IMG/VR virus record: IMGVR_UViG_3300042402_002564
Location: 66,145 to 130,144 of that record
Source: a virus
Length of the DNA stretch: 64,000 bases
Direction: 5' to 3' (one strand)
In this document: in pieces, positions 1 through 10,045 of the stretch
Numbering within the stretch: the first letter of the stretch is position 1
How the letters are laid out: each line of letters starts with the position of its first letter
The notes under the pieces: generated by a model
Told to the model about the DNA's origin: nothing
The model's input: the letters and a program-made list of their open reading frames with translations, nothing else
Databases searched by the model: none
Program-made: the position numbers and the translations under genes

Positions 1-11
1 AACGGTAAGTG

Positions 12-686
12 ATGCATAGAGTACATGAAGCATTTCCTCTGATTGTTTATCAGGGAATGGTGGAATCTCACGATAAAATTAAAATTTATTTAGAAGAACT
101 TCGTGATTATTGGTTTGATGGATATCAAAATGAAAGTCCAGAGTATTCTGGTAGAATTTTTGCACATCAAAATAAAATTTATCGTCCATTTTTTGAAGAA
201 CTTCGTACTCATGTAGATAATTATTTTGAATATCTTAATGTAGATTATTCAAAACTTGATTATCATATCATCAAATCTTGGGTAGGATATCATAAAGATG
301 ATGAGACTCCATCAATCAAACCTCATAATCACAATGCATCTGATTTGAGTTTTGTTTTTTATGTTAAAACTGATGAAACTTCGGATAAATTTTGTGTAGC
401 ACAAGAAAAAAATCTTAATGAGTGTGTTGGTGATATGTTCACTGAGGCATTGCAAAAGAATTTAATCACTGGATATAATCGTTATAATTGTAATGTATAC
501 AGTATTACTCCAATAGAGGGAAGTGTAGTAATCTTTCCTAGTAAAATTGGGCATTTTACTCAAAAATTTACTGAGAGGAAGGGTGAACGTCTTGTGATTC
601 CTGGTGATATTCGTGTTACTTTAAAACCAGAACATCCAGATTATCACCAAGGGTCTACTCACCCATCCCAGTGGTTACAACTTTAG
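12..686 (+). CDS. hypothetical protein, possible 2OG-Fe(II) oxygenase-like
   Basis: ORF track 9..686; ATG at 12; His-rich HNHNASD and GHFT segments resemble the double-stranded beta-helix oxygenases found elsewhere in the window; weak. Confidence 0.35.
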   Translation: MHRVHEAFPLIVYQGMVESHDKIKIYLEELRDYWFDGYQNESPEYSGRIFAHQNKIYRPFFEELRTHVDNYFEYLNVDYSKLDYHIIKSWVGYHKDDETPSIKPHNHNASDLSFVFYVKTDETSDKFCVAQEKNLNECVGDMFTEALQKNLITGYNRYNCNVYSITPIEGSVVIFPSKIGHFTQKFTERKGERLVIPGDIRVTLKPEHPDYHQGSTHPSQWLQL

Positions 687-1395
687 TGGGTTCATATTTT
701 GTATAAATTTTTTGAACGTTAGACATCCAAGGTTCATCTCTCATTTTCCAATCCATATCATAATCGAGTGTGATATGTGCTGAACCAATATACCTATCGA
801 TGTATGATTTGATTAGGGTTTCTCCAATAGAGACATCACCCCAATCATTATCATGCATTATTTTTATTTTTGTATATAATTTAAGATACTTCTTCATCCA
901 ATAATAATTACCGTGGGCAAAGTAATCAACATAAGAATCTTCTGGATTGCATGGTCCTGGATGAACCTTCCATACAGGTAAAACTAAATCTTTATCTGAT
1001 TGAAGATTGAAATTTTTTATTGATAAATCTGCTCTACATTTAATAATAATATCATATTCTTTTGGTTCAAAAAGATATAATCCAAGAAAGTTTGTATACC
1101 ACTGTCTTAGTATTCTATAAGACCATTCTCTTCCATGTGCTTCTAATCCATTTGATTTGAATTCAAAATTTGGAAGAGATTCTTTATCTCTAAACAAATA
1201 ATTTTTTGGTTTATATTTTTCTATTACTTTATTTACATTTACTTGGACTATTTCAGACCCCATGTAAAGTTCAGAGTAAGTATATGAACTAATATATACA
1301 TCTGCCGAATACTTATCAATTATATTTTGTTTTATGTTTTGGAAGTGGTTCTCCCAATTCCTCATATATCCAGTTAATAATAGAGCAACTTTCAT
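655..1395 (-). CDS. hypothetical protein (246 aa)
   Basis: only substantial minus-strand ORF; convergent with the upstream gene; no motif recognised. Confidence 0.5.
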   Translation of the reverse strand: MKVALLLTGYMRNWENHFQNIKQNIIDKYSADVYISSYTYSELYMGSEIVQVNVNKVIEKYKPKNYLFRDKESLPNFEFKSNGLEAHGREWSYRILRQWYTNFLGLYLFEPKEYDIIIKCRADLSIKNFNLQSDKDLVLPVWKVHPGPCNPEDSYVDYFAHGNYYWMKKYLKLYTKIKIMHDNDWGDVSIGETLIKSYIDRYIGSAHITLDYDMDWKMRDEPWMSNVQKIYTKYEPTKVVTTGMGE

Positions 1396-1441
1396 TTCGA
1401 TTAAAAATGTGATATATATAAATTTATAATGATAATTTAAA

Positions 1442-2218
1442 ATGTCTGAACTTGTAAATTTATTAACATTAGAAGCATCTCAGTTAGAACAAAATTCTGA
1501 AGGACTTCCAGAATATCGTGATAGAGCTGCTGGATTGGCTGCTTCTTATAGATTGCCATCAAAACAATTTGATGACTTGGCATTAAATCTTTTAACATCT
1601 GCAAATGCAGCAAAAGTTACTGCAGTATCTTTAGGTGGTAATACTGGATTAAATACTGCATGTTACACTGCAGATACATCTTGGATTACTTCTACATATG
1701 GAAGTCTTGTTGCTAGTGTTGGTGTTGCATCTGCAGCGTCTTTAGGTGTTGTTGGACTGGGTTCAATATCAATTGCTTATGGTGTAATTAAAGGTGATGT
1801 TCTAGAAGCATATACTTATCCAAAAGTGGAGAGTTTGGATGTAAGTGTTGAAAATCCATTTGTTGGTGAAGGATATGTTACTGTAAATTCTGGTAATTCT
1901 GGTATTGGTAAAGATACTAGATATACTATAAATGGTGGATCTGTGATTGGGAATGTTTTTGCAGTATCCGTGGCAGGAACTTGTGGTGGGTCTACTATTG
2001 CGAGTAATGTGTCACCACTAAAAATTCAATACACAAATTCATCTGCTGGAATTTCTTCTTATAATACTTTAGCAACTAAAGTAAAAAAATATAAGACTGA
2101 ATATGAATTTCATGTGTGGTCTTATAATAGGAAAATAAAAGAAAATGATGATGATTCTGCAGATCAAATTGTAGTTGCAGGAATTCTCACCGACCCTGTG
2201 TATGGTGGACCATACTAA
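1442..2218 (+). CDS. hypothetical Gly/Ser/Ala/Val-rich protein, possibly virion-associated
   Basis: 258-aa ORF; low-complexity G/S/A/V-rich composition typical of structural proteins. Confidence 0.5.
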   Translation: MSELVNLLTLEASQLEQNSEGLPEYRDRAAGLAASYRLPSKQFDDLALNLLTSANAAKVTAVSLGGNTGLNTACYTADTSWITSTYGSLVASVGVASAASLGVVGLGSISIAYGVIKGDVLEAYTYPKVESLDVSVENPFVGEGYVTVNSGNSGIGKDTRYTINGGSVIGNVFAVSVAGTCGGSTIASNVSPLKIQYTNSSAGISSYNTLATKVKKYKTEYEFHVWSYNRKIKENDDDSADQIVVAGILTDPVYGGPY

Positions 2219-2254
2219 GGGGGGGTTGACAACCCCCAAAGACCCTGCTATTAT
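2219..2254 (+). promoter_or_regulatory. sigma70-like promoter with -35 TTGACA inside a G7/C5 hairpin loop
   Basis: GGGGGGG-TTGACA-ACCCCC, 17-nt spacer, TATTAT at 2249-2254; same architecture recurs at 55399-55432. Confidence 0.45.
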
Positions 2255-2277
2255 ATGGAGGTAAACAACGCAAAACC

Positions 2278-2493
2278 TTGATAAATATGATTGATGAAAA
2301 CATTGATGAATATTTGACTCGTTGCGTTGTTGATACCAGTACACGAACCTTTTTAATTTACTCAAATCTGGGTGACGAAAAAGTAATTGAGTGTTCTAAT
2401 AGTGAAGAGTTCTTAAATGTTCTTTCTTTTGTGAGAGGTGTTCTTGGTGAAGACATTCTTGTTTATGCCGATCCTCTTGTAAAGAACAACTAG
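2278..2493 (+). CDS. hypothetical small protein (71 aa)
   Basis: ORF 24 nt downstream of the promoter at 2219-2254; ends 1 nt before the tRNA. Confidence 0.4.
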   Translation: MINMIDENIDEYLTRCVVDTSTRTFLIYSNLGDEKVIECSNSEEFLNVLSFVRGVLGEDILVYADPLVKNN

Positions 2494-2494
2494 T

Positions 2495-2566
2495 GCGGGT
2501 GTGGTGTAGCGGTAACATACCATCCTTCCAAGTTGTAGTCACGGGTTCGATCCCCGTCACCCGCTT
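2495..2566 (+). tRNA. tRNA, probably Gly (TCC), imperfect anticodon stem
   Basis: perfect 7-bp acceptor stem GCGGGTG/CACCCGC; T-arm ACGGG-TTCGATC-CCCGT; D-arm GTGT/ATAC; loop CTTCCAA gives anticodon TCC but the stem has 2 mismatches. Confidence 0.55.
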
Positions 2567-2636
2567 ACCAAAATTTGGATTTAATTCCATTTTTGGTCGA
2601 AAAAAATTCCGCCAAAATTTGCTAAAAAACCTTTTT

Positions 2637-2846
2637 ATGAATCCTTATAAAATTTCTTATAGGAACCTGTGCGAATCTGTAGTTAAAACAACTCCAGAAA
2701 ATGTTAAAGAAGCAAATGAAGGTTTATTTAACTGTACTATGACATTGCCATCTGCTGCTAAGCATTGTGGTATGTCTCAAAAAGAAATGAAATTAACTTT
2801 TTATGAATATTTAAAGTATAATCCTTCTACTTATAAATTTGATTGA
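2637..2846 (+). CDS. hypothetical small protein
   Basis: ATG at 2637 downstream of the tRNA; the 5' part of the track ORF (2493..) is the tRNA read as protein. Confidence 0.3.
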   Translation: MNPYKISYRNLCESVVKTTPENVKEANEGLFNCTMTLPSAAKHCGMSQKEMKLTFYEYLKYNPSTYKFD

Positions 2847-2899
2847 GGGGAATATCTAAAGGGATTGAGCATAACTCTCCGCCCCTCATATATAAATAA

Positions 2900-3181
2900 A
2901 TGGTGATTCTTATGAAGTATAGAATCGATACCACATATTGTTGGTATAATAAAGGAAGTATGATTGTAAAAATGTATTTTATCAATCACATACCATTCAC
3001 TTTTGATGAACTTCCATCTATCTCTTTAGAAGATCCAGAATTAATCTCTATCGCTGACAAAAATAGAAGATACGATCCAGAAGATTTGTATAAAACTTCT
3101 TTTTATTTAATTGATGAACAAGCACATCCATGCTTGTTTCCGATAGAACTGGAAAATCCAGAAGATCTTCCAGTAGATTAA
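2900..3181 (+). CDS. hypothetical protein (93 aa)
   Basis: ORF between the tRNA and the HNH gene; preceded by TATATAAATAA. Confidence 0.4.
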   Translation: MVILMKYRIDTTYCWYNKGSMIVKMYFINHIPFTFDELPSISLEDPELISIADKNRRYDPEDLYKTSFYLIDEQAHPCLFPIELENPEDLPVD

Positions 3182-3218
3182 TGTAGTAGACCTTATAAAT
3201 AAAACAACACGGTCTACC

Positions 3219-3635
3219 ATGTTAGGAACTTGCTCTTATTGTTCGCAAAAGTTTAAGTACAAACCATCACAACAAAGTGGTAAGTATTGCTCTAACACTT
3301 GTCAGCAAGAGATTCAAAAAAGACAAAGGATTTCTGAGTGGTTATCTGGGGGAAAACTTCCAGGTAAAACTACACTAAGAGAATATCTCACAGAAAAACA
3401 CGGCTATAAATGTTCGTGCTGTGGGATAACTGAATGGAACAATAACCCAATCAGTTTAGAGGTTGACCATATTGATGGAAACCCCTATAATGATAGTCCT
3501 GACAATCTCAGGTTTATCTGTCCTAACTGTCATTCTCAAACACCTACATATAAGGCAAAGAATAAAGGTAACGGCAGAGTTCATAGACGTGAGAAAGCAA
3601 AATTAGATTTTCATAAACAAAAAATATGCTCCTAA
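3219..3635 (+). CDS. HNH endonuclease (homing-endonuclease-like)
   Basis: EVDHIDGNPYNDSPDNLRFICPNCH HNH core plus N-terminal Cys pairs; sits between two tRNA genes. Confidence 0.8.
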   Translation: MLGTCSYCSQKFKYKPSQQSGKYCSNTCQQEIQKRQRISEWLSGGKLPGKTTLREYLTEKHGYKCSCCGITEWNNNPISLEVDHIDGNPYNDSPDNLRFICPNCHSQTPTYKAKNKGNGRVHRREKAKLDFHKQKICS

Positions 3636-3700
3636 AGCATTTAGTGGCGATGTACCTGACTTGTAATCAGGAGAGGATGGTTCAATTCCGTCTGGGAGCT
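3628..3700 (+). tRNA. tRNA-Thr (TGT)
   Basis: acceptor GCTCCTA/TGGGAGC; anticodon arm CCTGA-CTTGTAA-TCAGG; T-arm GATGG-TTCAATT-CCGTC. Confidence 0.8.
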
Positions 3701-3720
3701 TAAGTTTTATAAAACTTCAA

Positions 3721-3876
3721 ATGTCACTAATTTCACAACGAGATCGAGATGTTGCTATTGAAGCACTCAATTTTTATATCTTTAGTAAAGGTGTTGATTT
3801 TACTGAAGAAAAAAGAATGGAAATCAATGCCCTTATTAATTGGTTGAAGTTGGAGAAATCTAAGAATGAAAATTAA
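3721..3876 (+). CDS. hypothetical small protein (51 aa)
   Basis: ORF read from the sequence, below the track length cut-off; follows the tRNA. Confidence 0.25.
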   Translation: MSLISQRDRDVAIEALNFYIFSKGVDFTEEKRMEINALINWLKLEKSKNEN

Positions 3877-4092
3877 TTTGTGGTATTGTAAAGATATGAA
3901 TCAGTGGCGTTGGACATTGACTGATGATTATCGTCCCGTTGTCAAACAGGAATCTGGTCAGCAACCAGAATTAAGAGTTGCCATGAATGATATCGCAACT
4001 ACTGTAGAATATATGCTTGACAACCATTAAAATTTCTCTTATAATTAATAATGCGATACTAATTCGCAGTGACCCAAAAAGTGTGACGGTAG

Positions 4093-4118
4093 AACCCTCC
4101 TTGTGAGGGTTTTATTGT
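4093..4118 (+). terminator. rho-independent terminator
   Basis: AACCCTC-CTTGTG-GAGGGTT hairpin followed by TTTATT. Confidence 0.6.
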
Positions 4119-4179
4119 ATTTCTATTGCGGATTTTTAAGTGAATAAATAAAACATAATAGAAATCTTAGTATAATAAA

Positions 4180-7100
4180 ATGGGTCTCAGTCGCTTAGAT
4201 AATTTCTTAAAGAATAGTAGAGGTGATATTATATATGTTGATCCCTCAAGTATAGATTCAACTGACAGTATTGAGAATCAAGGTAATTCTCTAGTCAGAC
4301 CCTTTAAAACTATTCAAAGAGCTTTAATAGAAGCAGCAAGATTTTCATATCAAAGAGGTTTAGATAATGACCGATTTGGTAGAACAACAATTATTGTATA
4401 TCCAGGTGAGCATTTAATCGATAATAGACCTGGATGGATACCAATTCATGACAATCCAGTAGCTGGAAATAATTGGTTAACCAGAGGTGGTGCAGTATCT
4501 AATGAATTTCCAGAGTTTAACTTAAATTCCAACTTTGATATTAATAATGATACTAATGATCTTTATAAAATGAATAGTGTATTCGGGGGTATTATTATTC
4601 CTCGTGGTACATCTATTGTTGGTATGGATCTTAGGAAAACTAAAATTAGGGCTAAATTTATCCCTAATCCAGAAGATGATACTATTGATAGAACATCAAT
4701 CTTTAGAGTAACTGGTTCTTGTTATTTTTATCAGTTTACGTTTTTTGACGCAGACCCAAATAGTGTAGTATTTAAAGATTATGGTCCTACAAAGTTCGTT
4801 CCAAATTTTTCACACCATAAACTAACTTGTTTTGAATATGCTGATGGTGTAAATCCTGTTATTTTCGATGACCAATATATTACATATAAGACTACAAAAA
4901 CCGATCTAGATTTATATTATGATAAAATCGCACTTGCATATGGTTCATCTAGTGGAAGATTAATATCTCCAGATTTTCCAACTGATGGTGTAGATGTACA
5001 AACAAAAATTGATGAATATAGAATTGTTGGTTCAAAAGGTCAAAATGTTGGTATCACCAGCATTAAGGCGGGTGATGGTGTAGTATCTTCGACTACAATC
5101 ACCGTTGATATTGAAGAACCAATTGGTGGACTAGATGTAGATACTCCAATTAGAATCGAAGGTGTACCTACTGCTGGTTATAATGGACAATATGTTGTAA
5201 GCACATCTGAAAGTCCTACTCGAATTACCTATAAAACTTCTTCTTCTCCAGCAAATCCGCTTCCTACTATTGTAAGTGGAACACCTACATTAAACATTGT
5301 AGTTGATACTGTAACATCAGCTTCTCCATATATCTTTAACTGTTCTCTTAGATCAGTATTTGGTATGTGTGGTCTTCACGCTGATGGTAGTAAAGCCGAT
5401 GGATTTAAATCCATGGTTGTTGCCCAGTTTACTGGTATCGGTCTACAAAAAGACGATAATGCATTCTTAAAATATAATACTACCTCTGGTGTATATGAAG
5501 ACAAAACTGCAGTATCGAATATTCACACAAATTCTTCTGCGGTATATAAACCAGAATACGAAAACTTCCACATTAAAGCATCGAATGATGCATTCTTACA
5601 GTTAGTTTCTGTATTTGCTATTGGTTATGCAAATCACTTCTTAGCGGAAAGTGGTGGTGACCATTCTATTACAAACTCTAACTCAAACTTTGGTGCAAAA
5701 TCTCTTGTTGCTAGAGGATTTAAAAAAGAAGCGTTCTCAAGAGATGACACTGGATTTATAACTCATATTATTCCACCACAAGAAATTCAAAGTGAAGATA
5801 TTAATGTTGAGTATACTTCTATTGACGTAGAAACAACTGTAGGTATTGGAAGTACCACAAGATTATATCTTTATAATGAAACTGATTTAGATAATCCACC
5901 ACTATCAGTTGTTGATGGATACAGAATTGGTTCTAAAATAAATGATGAATTAAAGGTTCTTCTTAACATTAACGGGCAATCTACTACAAAAACATCTAAA
6001 ATTATAATGCCAAATACCCAGTCAACTGGGATTTATGAAAGTTCTTCTTATAAAGAAGCTGTTGTTGGTAGAACAAATATTGGTATTAATAGTATTTCTT
6101 CTAATACTTTTACTTTAACTGCACCTCACCAATTCATACAAGGCGAATCTTTAAGAGTTTTTAGTAGTGATGGTGAACTTCCTGATGGATTAAATCATAA
6201 TCAGGTTTATTATGCAATTACTGCTGGAATTAATTCTGACCAAATTAAACTTTCCCAAACATTTAACGATACAATTACTGAAGATGCAGTAACTGTTAAC
6301 AACAAAGGTGGCATTTTAACAATTGAAAGTAGAGTATCGGATAAAAAGTCTGGTGATATTGGGCATCCAATTCAGTTTGATAGTAATATTGGTCAATGGT
6401 ATCTTACTGTTAGTGGAATATCTAGTTACAATCAAATATACTCTAGTGTTGTTGGTCTTGGAACTACTACTCTTGGAAGAACAACACCAAGAACATTTAT
6501 CACTAGAAAGTCTGATACCAGATCATTAATTGATAAAATCTATAAAGTTCGTTATGTAATTCCAAAAGATTCTGCAGTTATTGCACGACCACCTAGAGAT
6601 GGATTCGTAATTCAAGAATCTAATACTACTATTGGTGCTACTCAAGAAGAAATTGGCAAGTACAATAGTGTTGATGCTGTAATTTTAAATAATTCTTCTG
6701 AATTAAGAAATTACAGATTTATATCTAATGCAGTTTGGGATTCTGTTGGTATTGCTACTCTTACAACTGAAGTTCCACACGAATTATCTGTAGGTTCATT
6801 AATTCAAATTAATAACATTAAGTCTGGATTTAACACTACAGGTGTTGGTAATAGTGGTTTTAATGGTGAATACTTTGTAACTTCAAAACTTTCGAGAAGA
6901 GAATTTACAATTGGATTAACTACAAATCCAGGACTATTCCAAAGTGACACCTCTATTAGAGACGTAGAGTTACCATATTATAAGAGAGTTAGATTTAATA
7001 ATACTTTTGTAGTATATAAGTCCGAAGAAATTCAGCAATATGTTCCAAATACAAAAGATGGTGTTTATCATTTAACTATTATTGATTCTTCAAATTCCCC

Positions 7101-10017
7101 ATCTGTTGAACCATTTACTCAACTAAGATTCTCTCAACCAGTAAAAAATCTTTATCCACAACTAGATAGAGATAATATTACTTCTGACCCAGATCCAACA
7201 GTATCTTTTGCATTACCTTCTCCATTAGGATTAGTCGAAGTTAATAATCCAGAGAATTCTGTTACTAGAGAAAGTATTGTAAAGAGCATTAATGATTTTG
7301 CTGTAGGATTTGGATTGACTGATATCCAATCTGCTACTGGATTTGCACATACATTATATACTAGAATTGACCATGGATTAAACAGAATTACTAGAGTTGG
7401 TATAGTAAGTGCTGGTGAAAATTATGGTTCTGGTTCTGGTTCTATTGAAACTCTTTATAATGCTAGGTTAGTAGGATTTGCTGGTTCAACAACTGGCAAC
7501 TATGCAACTGCAAATATTAAAGTTGATGCTTTAGGTAGAATAACTGATGTTAGAATTGTTGATGGTGGTTCTGCGTATGGAATTGGTAATACCCTTTCCG
7601 TGGTTGGTGTTGGTACAACATTAGGACATATTGTTGGTGTAGTATCTGTAACCCAAATTAATAATGATATTGGTAATGTAATTTCTATAAGTGGACTATA
7701 TGATAAAGTATTTGATACTTACAATAATCTTTATAGAATTACTGGAATTAACGTAGGGCAAACAAATCAAATTCAAGTTACTTCTTCTTCTGAAGTAGTT
7801 GCCCAATATCCATTTACTGGTTCTACTGCAATTGCTGGTGTTAATACTAATGGATTAAGTAAAATTAATGCAACTTTTTTAAATACTGTCGAGTCTTATG
7901 TAACTGGCAATTCTCTTGGAATCACTTCATTTACTTATAACAACTCTACTGGAATTGCTAGTGTAACAACATTACAATCTCATGGATTTGTAAATGGTAC
8001 AAAGTTTAAAATTGGTGGATTTAATCAAAGTCTTTATAATGGTGATTTTATTACCACAAAAATTGTTGGATTAAATGATTTTGAATTTAATATTGGTATA
8101 GGTACAACTTCTCCAGTATCTTCTGGAATAGCATACATTTATATTCCAGGATTTGCCGCACAAGGTGGATTATTGGCTGCGGATAATGAAGCAAATTCCA
8201 GTAGACTTGTTGCACAATATGCGGGTATTACAACTACTTTGGATGTTGCTTTAGTAGATCCAACAATCAATACATTGACAGTTACAAATGCATTAAACCG
8301 CAATTGGCAAGCTGGGGATTATATTATTGTAAACAAAGAAATAATGCGTATTAGTGAAACTGTCGTAATTGACACTGCAATAGATGTATTCCGTGGATTG
8401 TTTGGAACTTCAAAACAAGTACATCCTGCTGGATCTGTTGTTAGAAGAGTAAGATTTAAACCAATTGAATTTAGAAGAAACTCTATTCTACGTGCTTCTG
8501 GTCATACTTTTGAATATCTGGGTTATGGTCCAGGTAACTACTCTACAGCACTTCCAGAAAGACAAGATAGACAATTTATTGATGTTGAAAGAGTCTTATC
8601 ACAGTCTGTAAGTGATGATGGTGGAACTCCAATTTATAATGGATTGGACGATAATGGTAATACATATACAGTTAATAAACTAACAAATGCTTCTACTGGT
8701 CAAGATTTATTAACTAAAGCACCAATCCCAACTGTCAGGGGTGAAGATATTACATCGAATACACAAGCAGTTGGATTTGATGTAGATTCCACTGATGATT
8801 TAACAGTTGCTAGAGGTTTAAAGGTTGAGGGTGGTTCTGAGTCTACTATTATTTCTGAATTTAACGGTCCCGTAATCTTTACCGAAAAAATAACATCGAC
8901 TTCTGAAGATGGTATTTTGGCATCATCGTTATTCCTTCAAGGAGAATCGACAACTTCTAGAAAATATACCGTAGGAATTGCTACTCCACTATTATCTGGT
9001 AATGCTGGAGATATTGTTTATAAAGCAGATCCTAATGGCGGTGTTGCTGTTGGATGGGTTTATACTTTAGAGAATTCCTGGCAAGAATTTGGTCCTATTA
9101 AATCTGTAGGAACTGAAAGATATTGTGGTATCTTTAGTGGTGCATTTGTTGGTGATGGTTCTGGTCTTGATAATGTATCTGATGTTTGGGTGTTCGATGG
9201 TATTGGTATCTCTACCACAAGAGCTGTTGGTATGGGAACAACTACATCTGTTCCAAGCGTTGCACTATATGTTGGTGGTAATGCAATTTTTGCTGGTGTT
9301 ACAACAATTAGAACAAATCAGCTAACATTTGATGTTCCAAATGGATTCCTCGTTAATACAGGTATAACAACCTTTAATCAGCAAGTTAATGTTAATACAT
9401 TAAGAGCGATTGGTATTTCTACATTCCAAAATGACGTTATTATTACAACAAATCCAGCAACAACTGGAGATACTGCAGGTAACTTCTTAAGATTTGTTCA
9501 ATCTGATACCGCAATTACTTCTGCTTATCAATATGGGGGAATTAATTGGGAGGGTAATGATATTGGTAATACTGGAGTAAGAGGATACATTAGGGGTGTT
9601 GCCGAAGGTAGTACAGGACAGTTTGCTATTACATTTGGAACCCAACAGTCTGGTCCTTCCGCACCAATTGAACAATTAAGAATTGCTTCTGATGGTAATA
9701 TTACTGCTAGTGGAGAAATTACTGCACTATCTGATGAAAGATATAAGACAAATGTGAAGAATATTGATGACCCTCTCGCTAAAGTTTTACAACTTCGTGG
9801 TGTAGAATATGATAGAATCGATAAAGAACAACATACTATTGGACTTATTGCTCAAGAAGTAGAAAAAGTTCTTCCTGAATTGGTTCACGAAAATCATGAG
9901 GGAGTAAAATCAGTTGCATATCAAAACATGGTTGCACTTCTAATTGAGGCAATTAAAGAGCAACAAAAACAAATTAGTGATTTGAAAGAAGAGGTTGACA
10001 AATTGAAGAATGTTTAG
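4180..10017 (+). CDS. tail fibre / tailspike-like protein with C-terminal S74 intramolecular-chaperone domain
   Basis: 1945 aa; Gly/Thr/Ser/Asn-rich repetitive beta-rich sequence; the C-terminal ~110 aa (ERYKTNVKNIDD...GLIAQEVEKVLPELV...) match the autoproteolytic chaperone of endosialidase / T5 L-shaped fibre type proteins. Confidence 0.85.
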   Translation: MGLSRLDNFLKNSRGDIIYVDPSSIDSTDSIENQGNSLVRPFKTIQRALIEAARFSYQRGLDNDRFGRTTIIVYPGEHLIDNRPGWIPIHDNPVAGNNWLTRGGAVSNEFPEFNLNSNFDINNDTNDLYKMNSVFGGIIIPRGTSIVGMDLRKTKIRAKFIPNPEDDTIDRTSIFRVTGSCYFYQFTFFDADPNSVVFKDYGPTKFVPNFSHHKLTCFEYADGVNPVIFDDQYITYKTTKTDLDLYYDKIALAYGSSSGRLISPDFPTDGVDVQTKIDEYRIVGSKGQNVGITSIKAGDGVVSSTTITVDIEEPIGGLDVDTPIRIEGVPTAGYNGQYVVSTSESPTRITYKTSSSPANPLPTIVSGTPTLNIVVDTVTSASPYIFNCSLRSVFGMCGLHADGSKADGFKSMVVAQFTGIGLQKDDNAFLKYNTTSGVYEDKTAVSNIHTNSSAVYKPEYENFHIKASNDAFLQLVSVFAIGYANHFLAESGGDHSITNSNSNFGAKSLVARGFKKEAFSRDDTGFITHIIPPQEIQSEDINVEYTSIDVETTVGIGSTTRLYLYNETDLDNPPLSVVDGYRIGSKINDELKVLLNINGQSTTKTSKIIMPNTQSTGIYESSSYKEAVVGRTNIGINSISSNTFTLTAPHQFIQGESLRVFSSDGELPDGLNHNQVYYAITAGINSDQIKLSQTFNDTITEDAVTVNNKGGILTIESRVSDKKSGDIGHPIQFDSNIGQWYLTVSGISSYNQIYSSVVGLGTTTLGRTTPRTFITRKSDTRSLIDKIYKVRYVIPKDSAVIARPPRDGFVIQESNTTIGATQEEIGKYNSVDAVILNNSSELRNYRFISNAVWDSVGIATLTTEVPHELSVGSLIQINNIKSGFNTTGVGNSGFNGEYFVTSKLSRREFTIGLTTNPGLFQSDTSIRDVELPYYKRVRFNNTFVVYKSEEIQQYVPNTKDGVYHLTIIDSSNSPSVEPFTQLRFSQPVKNLYPQLDRDNITSDPDPTVSFALPSPLGLVEVNNPENSVTRESIVKSINDFAVGFGLTDIQSATGFAHTLYTRIDHGLNRITRVGIVSAGENYGSGSGSIETLYNARLVGFAGSTTGNYATANIKVDALGRITDVRIVDGGSAYGIGNTLSVVGVGTTLGHIVGVVSVTQINNDIGNVISISGLYDKVFDTYNNLYRITGINVGQTNQIQVTSSSEVVAQYPFTGSTAIAGVNTNGLSKINATFLNTVESYVTGNSLGITSFTYNNSTGIASVTTLQSHGFVNGTKFKIGGFNQSLYNGDFITTKIVGLNDFEFNIGIGTTSPVSSGIAYIYIPGFAAQGGLLAADNEANSSRLVAQYAGITTTLDVALVDPTINTLTVTNALNRNWQAGDYIIVNKEIMRISETVVIDTAIDVFRGLFGTSKQVHPAGSVVRRVRFKPIEFRRNSILRASGHTFEYLGYGPGNYSTALPERQDRQFIDVERVLSQSVSDDGGTPIYNGLDDNGNTYTVNKLTNASTGQDLLTKAPIPTVRGEDITSNTQAVGFDVDSTDDLTVARGLKVEGGSESTIISEFNGPVIFTEKITSTSEDGILASSLFLQGESTTSRKYTVGIATPLLSGNAGDIVYKADPNGGVAVGWVYTLENSWQEFGPIKSVGTERYCGIFSGAFVGDGSGLDNVSDVWVFDGIGISTTRAVGMGTTTSVPSVALYVGGNAIFAGVTTIRTNQLTFDVPNGFLVNTGITTFNQQVNVNTLRAIGISTFQNDVIITTNPATTGDTAGNFLRFVQSDTAITSAYQYGGINWEGNDIGNTGVRGYIRGVAEGSTGQFAITFGTQQSGPSAPIEQLRIASDGNITASGEITALSDERYKTNVKNIDDPLAKVLQLRGVEYDRIDKEQHTIGLIAQEVEKVLPELVHENHEGVKSVAYQNMVALLIEAIKEQQKQISDLKEEVDKLKNV

Positions 10018-10045
10018 TAAGATTTGACCATAACTATATGGTATT

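Noticed and set aside
2396-2846. ORFs 2396-2590(-) and 2493-2846(+), and 56281-56589(+) around tRNA-Leu
   Set aside because: The 5' parts are tRNA genes translated as protein (GIEPVTT / GDVVESVDTTDLKSVGG are classic tRNA-translation artefacts); only the downstream ATG-initiated portions were kept, at low confidence
6323-9675. Small internal ORFs in the fibre gene (6323-6529, 9125-9325, 9487-9675)
   Set aside because: Nested in other frames of a 5.8-kb gene with continuous coding signal
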